A DNA stretch of 64,000 nucleotides from the IMG/VR virus record IMGVR_UViG_3300018424_007835, positions 32,001-96,000 of that record. One strand, written 5' to 3'. The notes beneath the pieces were generated by a model that was not told where the DNA came from, searched no databases, and was given only the letters and a program-made list of their open reading frames with translations. The stretch is from a virus. The translations under genes and the position numbers were made by a program. The first letter of the stretch is position 1. Every line of letters begins with the position of its first letter. Shown piece by piece: positions 26,801 to 33,647 of the stretch.

Positions 26801-29747
26801 AACTGAAGACGACATAAGAGTACTAGCCAAGTTGCGTGACCGCCGAAGAGGCTCGGATATCAACTACCCCCTCGGGAAGGACCGCCAAGTTGACTATGAA
26901 GCGATGGGATTGTCGCCGGGTCTCAAGCAGCTACTGGAGGATGATCCTGCCGTCGTGGGCCTCCTCGATGAGACGCTCATAATGTTTAACCCTGATGAGA
27001 AGTATGTTGATCGAAACGGGGTCGAACACACTGGCGTGGAGGTTGTAATTGCCATGCTAAAAGAACACCCCCCAAACACATTTCCCGTTGGGGAGGGGGG
27101 GCTAGGGTACGTACATGTGCATACGGATGTACCTGAAGGTGAGGGCTGGTCAGCAGTTACTGATGAAGATGATAATATTCTAGGGTATTTACGTACGGCC
27201 GACATTGCATGGTTAGAGAAGGCTCGTGTTTTAACTAGGTCTTGCGGTAGTCCCATAAACGAGTCATCGGCGTTTAGGGGCATTGAGCTAAAAGATAGAG
27301 CAGGGAGTAGTAGCTGTAATATTGTGTTCGGCGGGCTCCCTAGCGGTTTGCGTATTTCTCCACACTCTGAGGTTGCTGTCCCTGAAAATTTTGCTGATAT
27401 GTCCCCTGAGGCTGCAGACGTAGTCGCCCATAATATTTTGGCTGGGAGAGATAGGTCAGAGTGGGGTGCCGAGACCCGTCTCAGTAGGGTGGGACTGTTC
27501 CAAGAGCACCCTCAGCATCGGGGTTTTTATTTGGGGGAAGACGGAAACTTTTACGATGCTTCAGACAACATGCTGGCCGATGATGGAGACATTGTGCCGT
27601 CACCGGAGTTTTTGGAAGAGAGCGATAGGGCGCTGCGTGCCCTTTCTGAAGGTATTAGAAAGTTCGATGCCGATGCCGCTAAGCGTGCTTCTCAGCGCCA
27701 GGACAGATTGTACGGGTCTAGTTCTGATGAGCCTGAGGCGTCACCTGAACTTATAGGTCAGTTGCGGGTGGCTGAAGCGATAGGTGATAATTTTGTGGCG
27801 AGCGTTAGAGAAATGGATGACCGGTATCGGGAACGAGTGGAACGGCCCGATGGCCGTGGTCAGTTTGTTTACGATCTTGACGAAGCGGCAAGGCGGGAGA
27901 AAATTAGAGAGATAGAAGAGGCGAGAGAGCAGTTCTCTCAGTCTCTGCAAAAGTTTTTTGATGAAGAGCGCCGTTACGATCCTGATAATCCTCCTACTGT
28001 TTTTATGAACACACGGTCTGTGGCTGCCCGTGAAGGGGCGCAACGTAGAAGTGGGGGCCGCCCACTCACTGAGGCTGAGGCACTAGAAGAGGCCGACAGG
28101 TATAGAGATATTTTTAAAGAAAGCCAGACAGCCTTGGATGAGCAGGCGAAGCGGAGTGAGGAGTGGCGCAATTCGGAGCGGCCTATGTTTATGGGACCTG
28201 ACCGTTCCTATTGGTCCACGTCGAATATTGATTCTTTATCTGACTCTGATAGGGCAAGTAGGCGTTCTGATATTCAAGAGGGTCTCGATAATCTTTGGGG
28301 GGAGTATGGGACCGGCAAGGGTGGAGATGTCACGCAAAGAGTGGGGGACAGCGGCGGAGCTTACTTCCAACCCCCTTCAGATAAAGCGCCGGAAGAGTTA
28401 CTGTCTACGTTTGCTAGCGAAAAGACTAGTGTCTTAGAGGAGCAGCTTCGCACCGGCCGCCGCCGCACCGCAGGTGGAGAAGTTGAAATGTCTGACGCTG
28501 ACCGCCGGGAAGCACAAACTATTCTCGACTATTTGAAAAACACTTCCCCAGAGCAGCAGAAGAAAGATATTGTAGATTTCTTACGCAGAAATGTTGAAGA
28601 TGAAGACACCGTTGTTGCCTGGCGTGCCAGCCCACAGACTATTGGTCTTGTCGCTGAGGATGGACGAATTAAGACTACGCACGAGTTGGAGTTTAGTCGC
28701 CCAACTGGGAGAACACGAGCAGACGACGTTGGTGCCACTAGCCCACCGACGATGCGTAGAGCATACGAAACTTCCATAGGGATTCCTGTTGATACCCCAG
28801 ATGATGAACGTCCGGTTTCTGGGCTGGTTTCTTACGGTCCCCGCCGCCGTAGGGCTGCTGCCGATATTCTTGCTCAGCGTCAGGCTGAGTTGACTCCAGA
28901 AGAGTTTGCTCTGTATGATGTGCGCTCCGACCCATTGTACATGCAGGCAGTTAGTGGTGCGGCGGAAGATTACGGCACAGCTATGGTGGAGTTTAAGCGT
29001 GACACGAATAGGAATGCCACGTTTGTTATCGGTGACTCTTTGAATATTGGTGGTGTTCCTGCTGGTATGGAGAATGCTTCTGATGAGGAGTTGTTGCGGA
29101 TGGTGTTTGATGACACGTATCGGAATGCCCCTAATTCTGCTGATGTGACTTCGCATGACCGGTTTATGGAGATGATGATTTTGGGTCGGGATGAGGCGCT
29201 TGGTGAGGGTTATGCGGGGTCTTGGCGGTTGCCTGATTCTAAGGTGGGCCGGGATTCGGGTTATCATGAGGCTCTTTTGCCTGGTGGTAGTGGTATTGCT
29301 GATGTGGAGACTGTGTTTTTGGATGGGCAGTATAATACGCAAGTTCCTGGCTACCGTAGTGGTCGGCCTTCTTTGGAGGTGTTGCAGGAGCAGGACCGGT
29401 GGATGAGCTTGATTCCTGACGAAGAACGTGATATGCTAGAGGAGATAGTTCGACTTAGAGGTGCTGATAGTTCCGAGGTGCAGTCTGCGTTAAATGCGTG
29501 GAAGCAGCTTCTTAACCAGTTTGATGAGTCTGAGAGTCGTAGGGAAATAGAGGAGACGTTAAAGAAATTGAATCAGGACTTGAAAATTCAGTGGCTTGAA
29601 AATAGGGGTGTAAGTTTGGAGCGCCGTATTGCCGCTGCTAAGGAACGTCTGGGCACTGATGATCCTATTGATCTTCTTATGCGACGTAATTTGGAAAAGC
29701 TGTTAGAGGGTATTCGTAAGCAACACGCAAACCTGCTTGGGCGTTGA
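23820..29747 (+). CDS. Large (1975 aa) polyvalent protein with an HhH-glycosylase-like (DUF7178-like) region and a C-terminal DUF3626/ADP-ribosyltransferase-like domain
   Basis: N-terminal PDADLDGIIQEQTLWERP; IAVMSARDDWENN..GPKTDAFF..AVDTH..LQAAIW; RPVSG..YGTAMVEFK..TFVIGDSLN..YHEALLPG; TAGGAT-N6-ATG leaderless start. Confidence 0.65.
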   Translation: MAAIPGRWGGLRSEPYKPNPPDADLDGIIQEQTLWERPKGFVFAMVDAAGRLAEVADGADHPPGVDVFRQNFVLARRGDNGVLERVDNAPRPSWDRDDLSARDRFGTVGDRLGTIASPKSPYVPMAAEVVDPPIDRRAELRKRYPGISDAGLEMMLWEPTDDPDEIDRRLGFIEDLYGEDVSTNLRQFLDGVPPGDRVDADFSEMADDLPEEPFYVTVFDDNLGDYPTDDEGVPVFDRRIEDVVYAFRTPSEAAAVCPLPGAGINVASGMPAGLRVKQEEGEKSGSGCGPGVRLGRGAALAEAFALLPDDNTGDVRLPADVAAMDAQDAAEQAGDRGHALRHLIDKYKRAHANRQGEATDKLIGDMSDDKVALEILREWQQDERNLKKLKDIFGEDMTWDLFEEMAASQIDELFENEEFTNLLKSEEIQNYYNHARMSLRYRVSVLRHMVRETRRTSEEEGRWAGVKKFASMIAVMSARDDWENNMRRANALADLLSRDKPFEVSVDRLMAHTLANDGRGLPGLGTNSTLQQRVDAIHEFLLKAYKDNPEGLAEANAMLDELIGKLNEVSEDVRIELTRDGDGAPKLLIKRRNEVSRVFEEIDGAPHSKDRPLETLPKGFSFESLRKHLDVLTDEQRVRLVVQPSAWSNEGEEEAVDIPTLEALINLHLTSSSGAGSIRAGGGSGNIIGALEIFYGHKTIDELSGPKTDAFFWSLFSDEVKRRGAVDTHVLVGMIDPNRVLTFIFHKDSGKDRLNIAPEGSDVKIPFDPDNIDWQNAYKAKYGGDFEKIDGGWRWVPTAGPREKGAEFVEGEAYIDFVKKDDNWAMRGTAPALRAEGSGTGRAGFKNMIRGGSDVRIEGLEGEKLSSDRGWSYTLERVLEQTAEKHNVSPEVLQAAIWEYIRTRRSEVVMVEGGFDYPIRSDPHNAVRTNTYLTAPSDLVRRFPRLRTRSSHGPKGDLQSKDILWRRAELTTRGVIGEPLTDEDVRFQRLLSVLTEDDIRVLAKLRDRRRGSDINYPLGKDRQVDYEAMGLSPGLKQLLEDDPAVVGLLDETLIMFNPDEKYVDRNGVEHTGVEVVIAMLKEHPPNTFPVGEGGLGYVHVHTDVPEGEGWSAVTDEDDNILGYLRTADIAWLEKARVLTRSCGSPINESSAFRGIELKDRAGSSSCNIVFGGLPSGLRISPHSEVAVPENFADMSPEAADVVAHNILAGRDRSEWGAETRLSRVGLFQEHPQHRGFYLGEDGNFYDASDNMLADDGDIVPSPEFLEESDRALRALSEGIRKFDADAAKRASQRQDRLYGSSSDEPEASPELIGQLRVAEAIGDNFVASVREMDDRYRERVERPDGRGQFVYDLDEAARREKIREIEEAREQFSQSLQKFFDEERRYDPDNPPTVFMNTRSVAAREGAQRRSGGRPLTEAEALEEADRYRDIFKESQTALDEQAKRSEEWRNSERPMFMGPDRSYWSTSNIDSLSDSDRASRRSDIQEGLDNLWGEYGTGKGGDVTQRVGDSGGAYFQPPSDKAPEELLSTFASEKTSVLEEQLRTGRRRTAGGEVEMSDADRREAQTILDYLKNTSPEQQKKDIVDFLRRNVEDEDTVVAWRASPQTIGLVAEDGRIKTTHELEFSRPTGRTRADDVGATSPPTMRRAYETSIGIPVDTPDDERPVSGLVSYGPRRRRAAADILAQRQAELTPEEFALYDVRSDPLYMQAVSGAAEDYGTAMVEFKRDTNRNATFVIGDSLNIGGVPAGMENASDEELLRMVFDDTYRNAPNSADVTSHDRFMEMMILGRDEALGEGYAGSWRLPDSKVGRDSGYHEALLPGGSGIADVETVFLDGQYNTQVPGYRSGRPSLEVLQEQDRWMSLIPDEERDMLEEIVRLRGADSSEVQSALNAWKQLLNQFDESESRREIEETLKKLNQDLKIQWLENRGVSLERRIAAAKERLGTDDPIDLLMRRNLEKLLEGIRKQHANLLGR

Positions 29748-29756
29748 GGTGTCTAG

Positions 29757-30164
29757 ATGAAAAATAATCCGCCGCACAATTATTATCCGTTGGCTTTTAA
29801 CGATGACGAAGTATTGTTGTTTGACGCAGATAGTTACGCAAAGAATGGTTCGTTAAAGGGCATGCTTGTTGGTTTGAGCGATGTTCGGCAGGTTCGTCAT
29901 ATCAGCATGTTTTTGTCACATGTGCCGGGTATGTTTTTTGTTAAACATCCGTTGGCCCAATTTTTCAATGTTGATTTGTATGCAAGTGAGGGTATTCCTG
30001 AAGAGTTGTTTACTGAGGATCTTCCCGAGATTCGGCTGGAGCGTGTATCGAAGTTTTTGAAGAACTTTTTGAATAAGATAGGGGTTTCGGTGGATGGGGA
30101 ACCGTTTGAGTTTAGGCGACCTATTGAAGATTCTAGGGTTGATAGTGAGATTGAAAGTTTGTAG
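29757..30164 (+). CDS. Hypothetical protein (candidate immunity protein)
   Basis: 135 aa; GAGG SD overlapping the stop of the large gene. Confidence 0.65.
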   Translation: MKNNPPHNYYPLAFNDDEVLLFDADSYAKNGSLKGMLVGLSDVRQVRHISMFLSHVPGMFFVKHPLAQFFNVDLYASEGIPEELFTEDLPEIRLERVSKFLKNFLNKIGVSVDGEPFEFRRPIEDSRVDSEIESL

Positions 30165-30178
30165 AAAGGTAATTTGTG

Positions 30179-30346
30179 ATGGCACCGCATAAAAAGTTTA
30201 CATTAGAAAGTGGCACTGAAGTTTCTGTTGATCGGCTTATTGCCGACAGCCTTGTGCGCCCTCGGGCTAGTTGGCCCATTCCAGAGGCAATGACGGAGAA
30301 TGCGCAGGTAGAGTTGTGGAAGAGAGCCCGGTATGCCGAAGTATAG
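30179..30346 (+). CDS. Small hypothetical protein (55 aa, MAPHKKFTLESG...), not in ORF track
   Basis: GAAAGG SD; fills the gap and overlaps the next start. Confidence 0.55.
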   Translation: MAPHKKFTLESGTEVSVDRLIADSLVRPRASWPIPEAMTENAQVELWKRARYAEV

Positions 30347-30554
30347 AAAGATCACAGGTGGTGGTAAAACTTACGTAGAAGCGATTCCTGCATGGCAGCA
30401 AGATTGGGAAAATCACGAGCTAGATCAGTGGGATGATGTTTATCGTGGGTTTGAACAGTGGGAAATTCTAGACCTAGTAGAAGAGTATCCTGACGCTACC
30501 CCCGACGAGTTAAAAGAAATGGCGTTGGCTGCACGAGAAAACGATTCCGACTGA
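30333..30554 (+). CDS. Small acidic hypothetical protein
   Basis: 73-aa ORF overlapping the upstream small ORF. Confidence 0.55.
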   Translation: MPKYRKITGGGKTYVEAIPAWQQDWENHELDQWDDVYRGFEQWEILDLVEEYPDATPDELKEMALAARENDSD

Positions 30555-30674
30555 TAGTTCCATCCATATTCCGTCGTTGCATGGTAACATAATACTTGAC
30601 AGAGCAGACTTTCGTCTGGCCCTCAGGGCAAGTCAATACGTATTGATATCGACAACGAAAATTGGAGGCTAAAA

Positions 30675-32225
30675 ATGCCGGGAATTAATGTCACCACTGC
30701 AGTACGCACTGGTCCTGTCGGCACTACGGACATCGTATCAGGTCAGGCGTTCATGATTGGTGCAACAGAGCGAGGGCCGGTGGATGAGCCGCTTTTGCTT
30801 AGGTCTTTTCAGGACTACACCACGTATTATGGTAACTATCAGGCTAATTCGCTGTATATGCATGCGAAGACTTTTTTTGATGAGGGTGGTTCTCGTTTGT
30901 ATGTGCGTAGGGCGCATGCGGGTACGGCGGCTTCAGCAACGGTTGGTTCGCTTGCTTTGAATGACAGCGCATCGTCTGCGACTATGATTGTGGAGGCTAA
31001 GACTCCGGGTCCGTGGTCGGCTAATTTGACTGTTCAGGTGCAGAACAATAGTGATGATAGCAATATTGCTGCTGGTTCGTTTAGGATTTTGATTCGTCTT
31101 GATGGTGAGCTTCTTTTGTCGACTCGGGATTTGGTTGATGTGAGTGATGCTATTAATGTGATTAATTCTTCGTCTGTTAATCATTTGATTGAGGCTTCTG
31201 ATGATGTTACTTCTTCTAACAACCCTGATTCGCTGGCGGCGACTGCGCTTTCTACAGGTGTAGCTCCTGCTCCTACTGATACTACGATTGCCGAGGATTT
31301 GGTGGGCACCTCTGCGGGGGCAGTTTCCCGGTATGGGGATGGGGCGTTTAGCCCAAATTTGAAGAGTGGTGCCGTTTTGGCTCCTGAGAATGGTGTGACT
31401 GCTGTTTGGGCTGCTCTGCGTGATCATGCTGTGGCGAATAATCGTATTGCGATTTGTGATTTCAGCTCGGGCGACTCAGCTGCTACTGCTCGTTCGGCTG
31501 CGGCAGCCTATTATAGTGATTCGAGTGCGCACTATATGGCGTTCTACTGGCCTTACGTAAAGGTTCCCGTTCCTAACTCTTCCGAGTTGGCTACTGGCAC
31601 TTCGGCCCTGATCGGTTCCACTTTGACTATCGCCCCGTCTTCATATGCGGCTGCTGCGAGGGCACGGGCGGTTCAGGAAGCCACTGGACCTTGGCGTGCG
31701 GGTGCCGGTCAGATTTCTTCGGCTAAGACGATCACTGCGTTGGCTCAGGATGTGACGGCGGCAACGGGTGATATTATGGACAACGCCAGGGTTAATGCTT
31801 TGCGTAAGGTTGGCACTTCTATTCGGGTGTATGGTGCCCGCTCTGTGTCAAATGATGAAACGAACTGGCGGTACATCACTCAGCGAGACACCCTTAACTA
31901 CATTACGGTTGGGGTTGCGGACCGAATGGAACAGTACCTGTTTGAAACGGTTGACGCACGAGGAAATCTTTTCGGACGAATTCGTGGTGCGATTAAGGCG
32001 TTCCTTGAGCCCATTCGGGTTGCGGGTGGTCTTTTTGAAGCCTACGATGATGATGGTGTGTTGCTTGATCCTGGCTACAATGTTACGGTCAACAGCACTA
32101 ATAACCCGACTAGCCAGCTTGCCACCGGCCTTGTTAAGGCTGATGTTGGTGTGCGTGTGTCTGGTGTGGCGGACCTTATCAATATTACGATTACTAAGAG
32201 TAATTTGTCGGCCCCTGTTATCTAA
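30675..32225 (+). CDS. Tail sheath protein
   Basis: MPGINV, GATERGP, FFDEGGSRLYV, FYWPYVKV, VNALR..IRVYGARS..WRYI. Confidence 0.93.
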   Translation: MPGINVTTAVRTGPVGTTDIVSGQAFMIGATERGPVDEPLLLRSFQDYTTYYGNYQANSLYMHAKTFFDEGGSRLYVRRAHAGTAASATVGSLALNDSASSATMIVEAKTPGPWSANLTVQVQNNSDDSNIAAGSFRILIRLDGELLLSTRDLVDVSDAINVINSSSVNHLIEASDDVTSSNNPDSLAATALSTGVAPAPTDTTIAEDLVGTSAGAVSRYGDGAFSPNLKSGAVLAPENGVTAVWAALRDHAVANNRIAICDFSSGDSAATARSAAAAYYSDSSAHYMAFYWPYVKVPVPNSSELATGTSALIGSTLTIAPSSYAAAARARAVQEATGPWRAGAGQISSAKTITALAQDVTAATGDIMDNARVNALRKVGTSIRVYGARSVSNDETNWRYITQRDTLNYITVGVADRMEQYLFETVDARGNLFGRIRGAIKAFLEPIRVAGGLFEAYDDDGVLLDPGYNVTVNSTNNPTSQLATGLVKADVGVRVSGVADLINITITKSNLSAPVI

Positions 32226-32237
32226 GGAGTATTTTAA

Positions 32238-32687
32238 ATGGCTAAAGCAACTCAGAGGCAAATTGTCGGAGAAATTGCTCCGGTTCTAGATGTCCCAGGG
32301 CATTCCCCGGGGCCTCCTTTTCCGAAGTACTTTGCGACCGTAAGCGGCGGTGAGATTAGCGCTGCTGTTGAGAAAGTTTACGACGGTAATAGCACGTTCC
32401 CTGAGGTGCTTTGTGCTCCTTCAGAGATTGGCGATATTACTGTTAGTAAGTTTTACGACCCTGACGAGGACGCATCGAGGCTTAATCGGCTTCGGCAGCT
32501 TGTTGGTATGACTTATTATGATGTGAAGGTGTACACGCTGAATTGCGATTTGAAGGAACCGGGTTCGGAGCGGGTGTATGCGAAGGCGCTGCTTGTTGGG
32601 CTTACTGAGCCTGATGGTGATGCTTCGTCGGGTGCCCCGGCTTCGTATTCGTTGACTTTCTCAATCAGTACTGTGGCCGCTGCCTGA
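32238..32687 (+). CDS. Tail tube protein
   Basis: 149 aa directly after the sheath; FATVSGGEI..GDITVSK; TAAGGAG SD. Confidence 0.85.
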   Translation: MAKATQRQIVGEIAPVLDVPGHSPGPPFPKYFATVSGGEISAAVEKVYDGNSTFPEVLCAPSEIGDITVSKFYDPDEDASRLNRLRQLVGMTYYDVKVYTLNCDLKEPGSERVYAKALLVGLTEPDGDASSGAPASYSLTFSISTVAAA

Positions 32688-32719
32688 TATAGGTAGATAA
32701 TCATATACAATTGAAAATT

Positions 32720-32762
32720 TCCCATCTTGGCTGAGAGTGTTTTTGGCTGGGTGGGATTTTTT
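32720..32762 (+). terminator. Probable intrinsic terminator after the tube gene
   Basis: TCCCATC...GGTGGGA stem (G-U rich) followed by a T run. Confidence 0.6.
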
Positions 32763-32770
32763 CTGTTTAC

Positions 32771-32799
32771 TTGACGTGTGCCCAGGATTTCTGTATGAT
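32771..32799 (+). promoter_or_regulatory. Sigma70-type promoter
   Basis: TTGACG-N17-TATGAT. Confidence 0.75.
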
Positions 32800-32860
32800 A
32801 CTGGTATGCCCGGTACGCTTTGTCTGCTTACCGTTTTATATGAAAGAGGTATCAAAGATC

Positions 32861-33391
32861 ATGAGTATGAGTGATGACATTTTAGAGGTTCCTTCTTCTG
32901 TGGGTGTCGTTAATCCTCCGACTGCGACACCGGCCCCGCCTACCCGAGGGTTGACGGTTTTGGATCAGTTGAAGGAAGAGATCGCTAGGGAAGTTACTCG
33001 GGACGACATTTTTATTAATGTGCCTGAGCGTAAGGGTGTTACTGTTTCGTTTTCCCCAAATATTGCCAATGAGCAGTTGAAGGCGTGGCGGCGTAATGCT
33101 ACTAATCGGAAGACCGATGAAATGGATTCGGTTAAGTTTGCGTGTTACGTGGTTGGGCAAACGGTGACTGGTATTTATTTTAATGATGAGCTTGTGCTTG
33201 ATGAGCAGGGTAACGCTGTTACGTTTGCTTCTCCGGTTATGATGGAGATGACGAGGACGGATCGGCCTCTTCCTGATGCTATTCGTGCATTTTATGGGAT
33301 TGACCCACATTTGGAGGCTGTTGCTTTGAAGATTTTGGATTATGCGGGTTATGGTGAAGATGTTGATGATGAGGACCCTACGAGGGGCTAG
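32861..33391 (+). CDS. Tail assembly chaperone (G)
   Basis: Between tube and tape measure; ends ...DEDPTRG; start probably 32861 or 32867 rather than 32771. Confidence 0.8.
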   Translation: MSMSDDILEVPSSVGVVNPPTATPAPPTRGLTVLDQLKEEIAREVTRDDIFINVPERKGVTVSFSPNIANEQLKAWRRNATNRKTDEMDSVKFACYVVGQTVTGIYFNDELVLDEQGNAVTFASPVMMEMTRTDRPLPDAIRAFYGIDPHLEAVALKILDYAGYGEDVDDEDPTRG

Positions 33392-33582
33392 TTGCGGAGT
33401 TAGCAAGTGATGTTCGCATCATTTCTGCTGCTCGGCTAGCCGAGGCGTTTTCTACTGATCCTTTGCAAATTTTGGATTGTGATTACCATGAGTGGTTGAT
33501 CCGTATTGCGGTTGCAAAAGCTTTAGCTAAGGATCGTGCGGATCAGGACAGAAAACGCCGTAATGTTAGTGGTGGCTACTGA
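33373..33582 (+). CDS. Tail assembly chaperone extension (T), probably reached by -1 frameshift
   Basis: The -1 frame is open across the G stop (GPYEGLVAELASDVRIISAARLAEAF...GGY) with no ATG; canonical G/GT position. Confidence 0.7.
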   Translation, partial: GPYEGLVAELASDVRIISAARLAEAFSTDPLQILDCDYHEWLIRIAVAKALAKDRADQDRKRRNVSGGY

Positions 33583-33647
33583 TCTGGGGCCAGGAATTTC
33601 TGTAGAATAACTACAGATGTTCCTGGCCTTAGTTTTTGTGAGGAAGT

